A DNA stretch of 38,016 nucleotides from a virus (Duplodnaviria > Caudoviricetes): positions 1-38,016 of IMG/VR virus record IMGVR_UViG_3300043432_000200; one strand, written 5' to 3'. The notes under the pieces are model-generated. The model made no database searches and was not told the origin of the DNA. It saw nothing but the letters and a program-made list of their open reading frames with translations. Within the stretch, counting starts at the first letter, position 1. Each line of letters opens with the position of its first letter. A program made the translations under genes and the position numbers. Shown one piece after another: positions 1-7,826 of the stretch.

Positions 1-32
1 GCAGTGGCGGCCACCAGGATAAGGGGGTTCAT
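1..32 (-). CDS. 5' end of a gene running off the window (MNPLILVAAT...)
   Basis: ATG at 32-30 overlaps the TGA of the upstream gene (ATGA coupling); only 10 codons visible. Confidence 0.4.
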   Translation of the reverse strand, partial: MNPLILVAAT

Positions 33-193
33 TCAGGGCACTCCTGCCAGTTGATGGTGTGCTCGTGCTCGGGGTCCACGCACTCGGGCGGGTCGAAGTC
101 CATGTCCCAGCTCACGGAGCACGTAGCGCAGGCCACGATGAGGCCGAAGACTCGGCCGGCGCGTCGGCGCTCCGCTGGCTGGTCCTGGTCCAT
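29..193 (-). CDS. small Cys/His-containing hypothetical protein (54 aa)
   Basis: MDQDQ...CATC...C..EHEH; start overlaps the upstream stop (TGATG); GC3-rich codons. Confidence 0.6.
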   Translation of the reverse strand: MDQDQPAERRRAGRVFGLIVACATCSVSWDMDFDPPECVDPEHEHTINWQECPE

Positions 194-480
194 CAGAAGG
201 GTTCGGTGTCCTGGGGCCGGTCGGGCTCGACGATGACGTCCCAGGTCTGGGCGAAGTCGTCGCCTGCCTTCACCCAGGCCGTCAGCTTCTGGCTGATGAG
301 GTGGCGCTGGGTCGGGCTCAGGTCCTGGGCGTGGGCCTTGATGGCCTCGGCCAGGAGGCCGCCGGCGATGCCCGCGCACCGGCTGACGGCCTCGCCGATC
401 CGCATCTCGGGCGGCGCCTGGTCGGGGGCGAGGGCGTGCCGGTCGACGAACGGGTCGAGCATGGTGGGGCTTACGGGCAT
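193..480 (-). CDS. hypothetical protein (95 aa)
   Basis: GGAGG RBS before ATG 480; own promoter at 512-540. Confidence 0.7.
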   Translation of the reverse strand: MPVSPTMLDPFVDRHALAPDQAPPEMRIGEAVSRCAGIAGGLLAEAIKAHAQDLSPTQRHLISQKLTAWVKAGDDFAQTWDVIVEPDRPQDTEPF

Positions 481-511
481 GGTTCCTCCGGTGGGTTCGG
501 GCTTCCGCCTG

Positions 512-541
512 AGCCTATCAGAGGGGTTGCCATCTGGCAAC
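512..541 (-). promoter_or_regulatory. sigma70-type promoter TTGCCA-N17-TAGGCT with the GTTGC-N6-GCAAC palindrome over the -35 box
   Basis: -35 at 540-535, -10 at 517-512, extended TG; palindrome at 526-541. Confidence 0.7.
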
Positions 542-747
542 TAGGGTGTAGCCCCCAGGGGCCCGCGGAGCATCGCGGCCAGCTCGGGCAGGCCGCACAC
601 GCGGCACACCATCCAGTCCCAGCGGGTCTCGCCCAACTGCGGAGAGTCGCAGCCGCACACTGGGTAGCGGCCGTCCGGGTTGGCGGTCCAGGTTTCGGTA
701 CCGCCGTCCACGCCTGCGACGGGGATGGGTTCGGGCGCGATGCTCAC
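541..747 (-). CDS. small zinc-binding hypothetical protein (68 aa)
   Basis: GTG start in a GTGA overlap; CGC...CRVC motifs. Confidence 0.55.
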   Translation of the reverse strand: MSIAPEPIPVAGVDGGTETWTANPDGRYPVCGCDSPQLGETRWDWMVCRVCGLPELAAMLRGPLGATP

Positions 748-1145
748 GTGGCCCTCCTCAGGGCTGCTCGGGCCGCCTCTTCGTCCCACTCGAAGGCGGG
801 CGCCGGGGCGGCCGTCTGCGGTCGGGCGTAGCGCGGCGAAGGGTCTTCCGCCTCGGCCTGGAGGTAGCGATCGAGAGCCCAGCGGCGGAGGGCCCGCTCG
901 GGCTCGCGGGCGTCGAAGTCCAGGTCGTTGGTAACGATCTCGTCCAGCTCGGCGATGGTCTTCAGGCGCTCGCTCCTGGCCGCCAGCTGGCCCCGCAGAG
1001 CGCCCGGCATCGACATCTCGGGCGGGGGCGGGCACAGGCCGGGCCCCGACCAGGAGGCCACGGGAGAGCGGTCCTGGACGGGCCCGGCGAGCCGCTGGCG
1101 GGCCTCGGGCGTCGTCAGCTTCTTCGATCGGGTCTTGGCCATCAC
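744..1145 (-). CDS. hypothetical protein (133 aa)
   Basis: 4-nt overlaps with both neighbours; GC3-rich. Confidence 0.65.
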   Translation of the reverse strand: MMAKTRSKKLTTPEARQRLAGPVQDRSPVASWSGPGLCPPPPEMSMPGALRGQLAARSERLKTIAELDEIVTNDLDFDAREPERALRRWALDRYLQAEAEDPSPRYARPQTAAPAPAFEWDEEAARAALRRAT

Positions 1146-1738
1146 ACGGCCTCGGGGAACGGGTCGGCGCTCACCCGCGGGACGAAGAGCGGGCGGGGCA
1201 CGCGGCGGTCAGCGTGCGCCGGGCCCGCTGAGGTCCTGAAGATGCCCTGGACGGTGCCCCGCTCGACGAAGGGGCGGATCCGCTCGCGCATGTCGTCGGT
1301 GCCGGGGCTCGGGGCATCGGTGCGCTTGAAGCCCACGGCGGCCAGCTGCTCCTCGCCCTCGAACTGCCAGAGGTGCTCATCGATGATCCGCTGGTTGCGC
1401 CGGTTGCCGGCGGCCGGGCAGAACTCCGTGCCGTCGGAACGGCGCCGGCGGTGGCCCGGCCGGCACCGGACCTCGCCCTCGAAGTCACAGGGCCCGGTCC
1501 AGTCGGCATGCACGCGGATCGGGAGCAGGCCGCGGCGGAGCGCCACCCAGTCCGCCAGGGCGTCGGCCGAGCGCTCAGGCGGGCGCGGGGCGGGCGTCGC
1601 GCTGCGCCCTCGGGGCACGCCGTTGGCGCCCGTGACGACCACGAGGGAGCCGTCGCCCTCCAGGATGAGCCGGTCGAAGATCTCCTCCACGCCCTCCAGG
1701 TCGTCCCAGGAGCGGGAGCCGAAGAAGACGGCGATCAT
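1142..1738 (-). CDS. SLOG-superfamily protein (DUF2493/YspA-like)
   Basis: FFGSRSW, VVVTGA, ADALA, ADW, AGNRRNQRI and SPGTDDM motifs; ATGA-coupled start at 1738. Confidence 0.8.
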   Translation of the reverse strand: MIAVFFGSRSWDDLEGVEEIFDRLILEGDGSLVVVTGANGVPRGRSATPAPRPPERSADALADWVALRRGLLPIRVHADWTGPCDFEGEVRCRPGHRRRRSDGTEFCPAAGNRRNQRIIDEHLWQFEGEEQLAAVGFKRTDAPSPGTDDMRERIRPFVERGTVQGIFRTSAGPAHADRRVPRPLFVPRVSADPFPEAV

Positions 1739-2040
1739 GCCGCCCCACCCCCGAGCCAGACGACGCCACCGGAGTAGTCCCCGTAGAGGGCCCGCTTGTG
1801 GTCGGCGAGATCGAGCAGGCCCCGCCAGCCGATGCCCTTCGCCGCGGCGAGGCAACGGACGGCCTCCAGCAGATCGGCCAACTCCTCGGGGTCACTGGCC
1901 GCGCGCCATTCGCCCAGCTCCTCATCGAGCTTGGCGTCGAGGAGCCGCACGTGTTCGGCATGGTCGACCACAGGGCGGAAGGGCTCGCGCTCGCCCTGGG
2001 CGGCGACCTTCGCCGGTATCCCATCACGTACGAGCTTCAC
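1735..2040 (-). CDS. MazG-like / PRA-PH-type all-alpha NTP pyrophosphohydrolase
   Basis: KLVRDGIP...KLDEELGE...EELADLLE...KRALYG signature. Confidence 0.85.
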   Translation of the reverse strand: MKLVRDGIPAKVAAQGEREPFRPVVDHAEHVRLLDAKLDEELGEWRAASDPEELADLLEAVRCLAAAKGIGWRGLLDLADHKRALYGDYSGGVVWLGGGAA

Positions 2041-2264
2041 CAGCGCCTCCCCGAGGACTTAGCCAGCTCGCGCCGGCGGGCGAGGTCGGCCCGCATGCTG
2101 GCGATGTGCTCCTTGGCCCGCTCGGGCATGGGGACCTGCGCCCGGTAGGCCGGGCCGGGGGCGGGCATGACGGGAGCGACCAGGCCGCAGCGCACGCACT
2201 CAGAGCCCTCCTCCACGAGGACCACGTCAGCGGCCGGGTGCGGGCAGTGACGGGGGTCAAGCAT
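2037..2264 (-). CDS. hypothetical protein with CxH/CxxC motifs (75 aa)
   Basis: Coupled to both neighbours; CPHP...CVRCG. Confidence 0.6.
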   Translation of the reverse strand: MLDPRHCPHPAADVVLVEEGSECVRCGLVAPVMPAPGPAYRAQVPMPERAKEHIASMRADLARRRELAKSSGRRW

Positions 2265-2742
2265 CGGCCGGCTCCTCCGTCATGCGCAGCGCGGCCGCGA
2301 GGGCGTCGACCTTGCCGGCGACCACGGGGTCGCCCGTCATGGCTGCGCGGGCCTGGGCGGTGCGCCGGCGCATCCCGGCGATCATGGCCTTCGCCCTCGC
2401 CTCGGACATGGGCGGGGCCTCCAGGGCGGGCAGCTCCGCCAGGGTCTCGGAGCGGGGGATGCCGTCCACGTCGTCAGGGTGGCACGGGGTCCAGCCGGTG
2501 CCGGGCAGGAACAGGCATCCGTTGCGCTCGACCACTCCCGCCGGCTGGGCGGGTCGGTAGGCGCGTTGGAAGGCGGCGATCGAGGGGAACTCGGTTTCGT
2601 CAGCCATGGCCCGCACGGCGGCCAGTGCCGTCGCGTAGTCCATGGGGGCGAGCTTCTCGGCCCAGACCGCGGCGCCGGGCCCGTTGGCTCCGAACGTGTC
2701 CTCGATGCGGGCGAGCATGGCGTCCAGCTCGGTGGGGTTCAT
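2257..2742 (-). CDS. G39P-like replicative helicase loader/inhibitor
   Basis: W...L..MDY..A..AV......FPSIA pattern; lies directly downstream of the replication initiator. Confidence 0.65.
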   Translation of the reverse strand: MNPTELDAMLARIEDTFGANGPGAAVWAEKLAPMDYATALAAVRAMADETEFPSIAAFQRAYRPAQPAGVVERNGCLFLPGTGWTPCHPDDVDGIPRSETLAELPALEAPPMSEARAKAMIAGMRRRTAQARAAMTGDPVVAGKVDALAAALRMTEEPADA

Positions 2743-3614
2743 GCGGTCAGCTCCTTGATGGTGGGGGTGGCGCTCAGGGCGGCCAGGAAGGGGTCCACGG
2801 GCGCCGGCTCGGCGTAGGGGTCGGCGGCGCCGGTGGCCGCGGCGTAGTGCGAGACCACGGCCTGGCGCTCGGCCGCCTTGCGGGCCCGCTTGCGCTCTGA
2901 TGCCGACAAGAACTGTGGTGCTTGGCCATTCGGCGGCCTAACGGATCGGTTCAGCTCGACCTCCATGGCGCCCGTGCTGATCGTGCTGGCCGTCATGGCC
3001 GCCGCGCGGACCTGCTCGGGCAGCCAACCGACATCGAGCAGCTTCTCGAAGATCTTCACCCAGGCGATGAACGGGGAGGCCGGGCGCGGGTCGCGGTTGT
3101 CGTAGACGTGCTTGGCGAGGGCCTCGGCCTCCATGCGCAGCGGAGAGGGCAAGCCCTCGGCGCCCGACGTCGGCGAAGCCGGCGGCGCAGGGGGTTTTCT
3201 TTCCTTGCTCTCGTTCTCCTTGGTCTCTTTCTTAGTGGTCCGCGTAGGTGCGGACCTGCTGGTCCGCACCGGTGCGGACCACTGGTCCGCGTATGTGCGG
3301 ACCACCTCGTGCACCGTGTAGAGGTTGCGAGCCCCGCCGGCGGGGCGCTCCACGTCGATCCACTCGGCGCGCTCCAGCTCCTTCAGGGCCCGGTCCACGG
3401 TGTCCACGCTCTTGCCCATCAGCTCGGCGACGCGCTCGCGCCCGGGGAAGGCGGCTCCCTCGGTGTCGCTGTCGGGCCGGTTGTCCACATACCGGTGGAG
3501 GATGGCGTAGGCGGTCTTGGCGTTCGGCGAGATCGAGGGGTCGAAGAGCAAGGCCTCGGGCACCTTGGCGAACTGCCCCGCCGTGCGCCCTCGGCGCACT
3601 CGCTCGTCAGTCAT
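2739..3614 (-). CDS. phage replication initiator with N-terminal winged HTH
   Basis: FAKVP..LLFDPSISPNAK..Y...AFPGRERVAELMGKSVDTVDRALKELE...W...R...NLY; AAGGAG 8 nt before ATG 3614. Confidence 0.8.
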   Translation of the reverse strand: MTDERVRRGRTAGQFAKVPEALLFDPSISPNAKTAYAILHRYVDNRPDSDTEGAAFPGRERVAELMGKSVDTVDRALKELERAEWIDVERPAGGARNLYTVHEVVRTYADQWSAPVRTSRSAPTRTTKKETKENESKERKPPAPPASPTSGAEGLPSPLRMEAEALAKHVYDNRDPRPASPFIAWVKIFEKLLDVGWLPEQVRAAAMTASTISTGAMEVELNRSVRPPNGQAPQFLSASERKRARKAAERQAVVSHYAAATGAADPYAEPAPVDPFLAALSATPTIKELTA

Positions 3615-3955
3615 GTGTGGCACTCCTTGTTGGTCTGGAGTGCCCCGGGGTCGCCGGCTACCATGGCGCTCGACGTGGGAACGTCCGAGCGCTGGGAGCC
3701 ACGAACTCCGAGTGCACTCTGTTGGTGGGGCCCTCCGGGGCCCCGCTGCGCGTCGAAGCGTAGCTCCGGGTGCCAGGCGTGGTCAGAGGGCTCGGCCCGG
3801 TAGCCGGTGGCATCAGGGCGGCCCTGGAGCCGCTCCAGCTCCAGGTAGGTGCCCGAGCCTCGGGGCCCGCCGATCAGGCGGAGCAGCTCGTCGTAGGTCG
3901 GGCAGGGGCCGTTGCGCTCCACGGGGGAGCGCCGGCGGGGCGTGCGGTCGGTCAC
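3611..3955 (-). CDS. hypothetical protein (114 aa)
   Basis: GC3-rich 5' half, GGAG upstream of GTG, stop overlaps the initiator ATG. Confidence 0.5.
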   Translation of the reverse strand: MTDRTPRRRSPVERNGPCPTYDELLRLIGGPRGSGTYLELERLQGRPDATGYRAEPSDHAWHPELRFDAQRGPGGPHQQSALGVRGSQRSDVPTSSAMVAGDPGALQTNKECHT

Positions 3956-4032
3956 GGTGGGCTCCGATCTGGCCGACCGGTGCGCTACGCTCCAGCCGGA
4001 CCTTCCTGGTGGGGGGTTTGCTGGCTTCTGGT

Positions 4033-4057
4033 CACCGCCCCCCGAGTGGGGGCGGTG
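4033..4057 (-). terminator. GC-rich hairpin downstream of the methyltransferase
   Basis: CACCGCCCCC-5 nt-GGGGGCGGTG, 10-bp stem; no U-tract. Confidence 0.5.
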
Positions 4058-4076
4058 GTCGTTGTGGGGCCCGAGC

Positions 4077-4946
4077 CTACGCCCGGGGCGCCTTCTTTCG
4101 CTGACGTCGCACGGGGCGCGTGTCGCGGTATACGAGCAGGCTGGAGTAGTTGGCGGACTCGTTCCACTGGCGCCGGCGGGGGTCCTGCCAGCGGGGCTTG
4201 AACGGGCGGTCGAGCTGGGCGACCAGCTCCAGGCCGGCGGCCGTGGCGCGGTCGTGAACGGCGCGGGTCTGGAACCTGACCTTCTTAGAGACCACCTGGT
4301 CCATGCACTTCACGAGGAGCTTGCCGCCGGGGCGCAGGAGCGGGCGGAGCCCTTGCATCGGTCCCCGGCCCGAGCCCGCGCAGTGGGCGCACGGGGCCGG
4401 CACGATGCGGAGGTTGAACCGGGCGAGAGCGGCGCCCACCTCATCGGGAGGCAAGCCGGCGGCCACCAGGGCGGGCGTTACCGACGCGTGCGGGGCCTCG
4501 CCTGAGCCGGCGCAGCGGACGCAGGGCGGCCACCAGGCGATGCCGTCGAGCATGTCGCCGATGCGGACCTCCCACTGCTTGCGCTCGTCCGCGCCGTACC
4601 GCTCGTCCACGCGGCCGTCGCTGGCCCGCTTCACCCAGCGGCTCAGGGGCGTGGTGGGCGTGCCGTTCAGCTTGTAGTCGGCGTCCTCGAAGATCGTGTC
4701 GAAGGTCTCAGGCTGGAAGGGCGGCCGGCGGAAGTCGCCCTGGACGCCCAGGGGAGCGGCGGCCGCCTTCAGGGGGACCTTGTCCATGCCGATGGCGCCC
4801 GGCTCCAGGTCGAGCTTGCGCCACCAGATGCCCAGGCCGTAGGTCGCGTCCAGGACGCGCCCGCGGACGTGACCCAGGGCCTGGGCGTCGGCGAGCAGGT
4901 CGGCGTTGGTGTGCCGGGGCTCCAGGCGGAGGATGGTGCGGCTCAT
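4077..4946 (-). CDS. SAM-dependent (DNA amino-)methyltransferase-like protein with a DnaJ-type Zn-finger insertion
   Basis: VLDATYGLG (motif I), GDFRRPPF..ETFD, DADY at the DPPY position, LLRPGGKLLVKCMD; two CxxCxGxG motifs. Confidence 0.75.
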   Translation of the reverse strand: MSRTILRLEPRHTNADLLADAQALGHVRGRVLDATYGLGIWWRKLDLEPGAIGMDKVPLKAAAAPLGVQGDFRRPPFQPETFDTIFEDADYKLNGTPTTPLSRWVKRASDGRVDERYGADERKQWEVRIGDMLDGIAWWPPCVRCAGSGEAPHASVTPALVAAGLPPDEVGAALARFNLRIVPAPCAHCAGSGRGPMQGLRPLLRPGGKLLVKCMDQVVSKKVRFQTRAVHDRATAAGLELVAQLDRPFKPRWQDPRRRQWNESANYSSLLVYRDTRPVRRQRKKAPRA

Positions 4947-5143
4947 GAGGCCCGCCGGGGCCAGGGCCGGCGCATGGCGTCGGACCGACGCTGGGCGCGG
5001 TTGTGGGCTGCGCGCTGCGCCCCCCTGCGACAGGGAGCGCAGCGGCAGCCCTCCAGCCACCCCTGCTCCGTTCCGTGCTCGGCCCGGAGGTTGGCCCTCT
5101 TGGTGCCGTACATGGGTCTGATGTCGGGGAGGTCCACGGTCAC
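4943..5143 (-). CDS. small actinophage HGT..G...GCRC..CR zinc-binding protein
   Basis: EHGTEQGWLEGCRCAPCR motif; coupled overlaps. Confidence 0.7.
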   Translation of the reverse strand: MTVDLPDIRPMYGTKRANLRAEHGTEQGWLEGCRCAPCRRGAQRAAHNRAQRRSDAMRRPWPRRAS

Positions 5144-5661
5144 GAGACGAGCTGGCGCCGGAAGCGGTAGATCGTCATGGGCGTGACGTCGAGGGCCTCG
5201 GCCATGATCCGGTCCGGCACCCCACTGGCGTCCAGCGCGGTGATGAGGTCCGCCATCTGCCCGAGCAGGTCGGCGGCCTTCGTGCTGAGGGCCGCCCGGT
5301 CGGCCTCGGCCTTGTCCATCTCGGCGCGGGCCTTCTCGATGAGGGCGTCCTCGCCCATCTTGGCGAAGGGCCGGCGGAGGCCCTTCTCCTCGGCGAGCCG
5401 GCGGGCCGCGAGGCCGCGGCCGCTCAGGCCGTAGACCTCCTTCAGCGGGCGGATGCGCTTGGCGATGGCCTCACGCGAGACGCCCAGGGCCCGGCCCGCC
5501 TCTTCGGTGGACACGCCCTTGAAGACCACCAGCTCCAGCAGGGCGGGGTAGGCGGTCGACGGGCTCCTCCAGAGCTGGAGGGCGGTGGAACGTTGCTTAT
5601 GCAGCTTCTTCAGCTTGCCCAGCTGGGAACGCTGCGTCTTGGTCAGGTCGGTGGTTTCCAT
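5140..5661 (-). CDS. transcriptional regulator with two HTH motifs (repressor candidate), leaderless
   Basis: GVSTEEAGRALGVSREAIAKR and GVPDRIMAEALDVTPMTIYR; first gene left of the divergence point. Confidence 0.75.
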   Translation of the reverse strand: METTDLTKTQRSQLGKLKKLHKQRSTALQLWRSPSTAYPALLELVVFKGVSTEEAGRALGVSREAIAKRIRPLKEVYGLSGRGLAARRLAEEKGLRRPFAKMGEDALIEKARAEMDKAEADRAALSTKAADLLGQMADLITALDASGVPDRIMAEALDVTPMTIYRFRRQLVS

Positions 5662-5668
5662 GGAGCCG

Positions 5669-5697
5669 ACTATATCGGACCGCTTGCAGTATGGCAA
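5669..5697 (-). promoter_or_regulatory. leftward promoter TTGCCA-N17-TATAGT (leaderless mRNA for the regulator)
   Basis: -35 at 5697-5692, -10 at 5674-5669, ATG 7 nt downstream, no SD. Confidence 0.75.
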
Positions 5698-5712
5698 CGG
5701 GTGGCGTAGACT
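5684..5712 (+). promoter_or_regulatory. rightward promoter TTGCAG-N17-TAGACT
   Basis: -35 at 5684-5689, -10 at 5707-5712; shares the TTGC-N6-GCAA palindrome with the leftward promoter. Confidence 0.75.
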
Positions 5713-5756
5713 CCTCCCCAGAGAAGCCCACCGACCGACCCACCAGGGGAGGCAAC

Positions 5757-6200
5757 ATGCCAGAGCCGTACACACGCTGTGCCCGATGCGGTACGACCTT
5801 CGCAGCCCACGGCGATCCTGACATCGGCCACTGCGAGGCCTTCACGCTGGCCGTCGATCCACCGCCCGACGGGGAGCTGGTCCACGTCCTCCGCGTGGAG
5901 GACGCCCAGCGGCTCCTCGCCGAGGCCGGCGCCGAGATGGGCGCCGTGGTCGAGAAGCTGGAGCGCCAGGTCCACCAGCTCTCCGCCGACCTGGAGTTGT
6001 GCATGGCCGCGCACGCCGAGGCCGAGGCCACGAACGAACTCTGGGGCGCGTTCGACTACGAGCTGCTCCTCTTGGCCGAGGCCGCCGAGATCGACACGGA
6101 GGGGCTCGCCCCCCTGGAGGTCGTCGACCGGTTGCGCTCGAAGGCGTACGACGAAGGATTCGAGGACGGGTGGAAGCCCGCGGAAGGAGGTGCCGCATGA
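5757..6200 (+). CDS. hypothetical protein with N-terminal CxxC...H...C and a coiled coil
   Basis: GGGGAGG RBS; CARCG motif; ATGA overlap with the next gene. Confidence 0.7.
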   Translation: MPEPYTRCARCGTTFAAHGDPDIGHCEAFTLAVDPPPDGELVHVLRVEDAQRLLAEAGAEMGAVVEKLERQVHQLSADLELCMAAHAEAEATNELWGAFDYELLLLAEAAEIDTEGLAPLEVVDRLRSKAYDEGFEDGWKPAEGGAA

Positions 6201-7051
6201 CCGGTACCCCTGCTCTGCCAGCCGACGTGGCCGCCGCGGCCGCGTCCGCCAGCCAGGAGTTGGCCTGGATCAAGGTGGCTGATCTGAGGATCGACCCCCG
6301 CTACCAGCGGCCCCTGGACGTGAAGCGCGTCCGGCGCATGGCCAAGGACTTCGACGTCGACGCGTTCGGCGTGCTCCTGGTCTCGCGCCGGGCCGACCAG
6401 TCGCTCTGGCTCATCGACGGCCAGCACCGCCAGTCGCTCATGTTCGAGATCGGCTACGGAGACCAGACGGTCGCCTGTCTGGTCTACGACGGGCTCACCT
6501 TCGAGCAGGAGGCCCGAGTCTTCCGGCTGGCGAACTCCGGCAGCCGGCCCAACGCCCTCGCCCTGTTCAAGGCGGCCCTGGCCGAGGGCGACCCCGAGGC
6601 CAACGACATCGACCGGACCATCCGCCGGGTGGGCCTCCAGGTCGGCTCCGGCGGGAACCAGCGCACCATCCAGGCCATCGCGGCCGTGCGCCGCGTCTAC
6701 CGCGAGGGCGGGGGCCTCATCCTGGAGCGGGTCCTGCGCCACATCGTGGAGGCCTGGGGCTCGAACTCCTCGAACTTCCAGGCCGACATCATCCTGGGCC
6801 TGGCGCTCCTGGAGAAGCGGTACGCCAAGCTGTCGGTCGACCGCGAGCGGCTCCGCCAGCAGCTGGCCACGGTGACCCCCGTCAACCTCCTGGCCACCGG
6901 CCGGGCCCGCAAGGACTCGGGCTCGGGCAACATCTGGGCGGACGAGATCCCCGACCAGGTGGTCAAGCTCTACAACAAGGGCATCCGCACCGAGTCCAAG
7001 AAGCTCCCCGCATGGGAGCGCCGGACCAACGTGCGGGAGGTCTGGACGTGA
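6197..7051 (+). CDS. ParB/Srx-like domain protein (DUF6551-like, DGQHR motif)
   Basis: LRIDPRYQRPL...FGVLLVSRR...LIDGQHR...EQEARVF...N. Confidence 0.8.
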   Translation: MTGTPALPADVAAAAASASQELAWIKVADLRIDPRYQRPLDVKRVRRMAKDFDVDAFGVLLVSRRADQSLWLIDGQHRQSLMFEIGYGDQTVACLVYDGLTFEQEARVFRLANSGSRPNALALFKAALAEGDPEANDIDRTIRRVGLQVGSGGNQRTIQAIAAVRRVYREGGGLILERVLRHIVEAWGSNSSNFQADIILGLALLEKRYAKLSVDRERLRQQLATVTPVNLLATGRARKDSGSGNIWADEIPDQVVKLYNKGIRTESKKLPAWERRTNVREVWT

Positions 7052-7638
7052 GCACAACGGCCGACGAGATCCGGGGCTGGCTCATCGAGGCCCAGGCCAC
7101 CGAGGACGCCACGCACATGCTGGTGATCTGCGACACCTTCGACCACTCGGACTTCCCCCGCACGGTGACGAAGGGTGAGGACGTCCGGGCCGTGATCGAG
7201 CGCGAGCGGTCCAAGACCATGCAGAAGGTGATGGAGGTCTACAGCCTGAAGCTGTCGCTCGACCGCCAGCTGGCCGAGCGCCGGGCCTGGCACCCCGAGT
7301 ACGCGCTCGATGAGGTCGCCGGCGCCCGGCTCCGCGACGAGGCCATCGAGCGCGTGGGCGAGGCCGCGCCGGTGCCGTTCATGGCCACGGCCCTGGACGT
7401 CATCCACCGCCTGGCCGTCGAGCGCCCGGAGCTGGCAACCGACGAGATCTGGGAGGAGTTGCACCGCATCGAGGCCGCCGAGGTGCCCGAGCCCCGGGCC
7501 CTCGGGGCGGTCATGCGCCAAGCCGTGGCCAAGGGCTGGGTGGTCCGCACCGATCGGGTGCGCCCCTCGAAGTTGCCTCAGCAGCACCGCCGGCCGCTGG
7601 CGGTCTGGCGCTCGAAGGTCCACGAGGTCCGGGCATGA
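7048..7638 (+). CDS. two-domain hypothetical protein; C-terminal winged-helix-like domain
   Basis: GTGA-coupled start; ATHMLVICDTFDHSDFP domain plus PRALGAVMRQA...HRRP..VWRS domain. Confidence 0.7.
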   Translation: MSTTADEIRGWLIEAQATEDATHMLVICDTFDHSDFPRTVTKGEDVRAVIERERSKTMQKVMEVYSLKLSLDRQLAERRAWHPEYALDEVAGARLRDEAIERVGEAAPVPFMATALDVIHRLAVERPELATDEIWEELHRIEAAEVPEPRALGAVMRQAVAKGWVVRTDRVRPSKLPQQHRRPLAVWRSKVHEVRA

Positions 7639-7826
7639 ACCCCTGGGGGTTTGCCACGGGCCTGCTCGTGGTGCTCGGCGTGGTCGGCCTGTACCTGCTG
7701 ATGGGCGCCCCCTGGGAGGCGTACCCCATCACGGCCGGGATTGCCCTGTGGGTGGTGGCCGTCTCCTATGCCGGCGGCAAGAGCGCCGAGTGGACCGTGC
7801 GCCAGCGGAAGGGGCGCCGGAGATGA
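7635..7826 (+). CDS. small two-TM membrane protein
   Basis: Two hydrophobic segments, basic C-terminus, ATGA overlaps. Confidence 0.7.
   Translation: MNPWGFATGLLVVLGVVGLYLLMGAPWEAYPITAGIALWVVAVSYAGGKSAEWTVRQRKGRRR

Noticed and set aside
6197-7051. DGQHR motif suggesting a DndB/phosphorothioate system
   Set aside because: No dnd/ssp genes are present; the motif is shared by common phage ParB-like proteins
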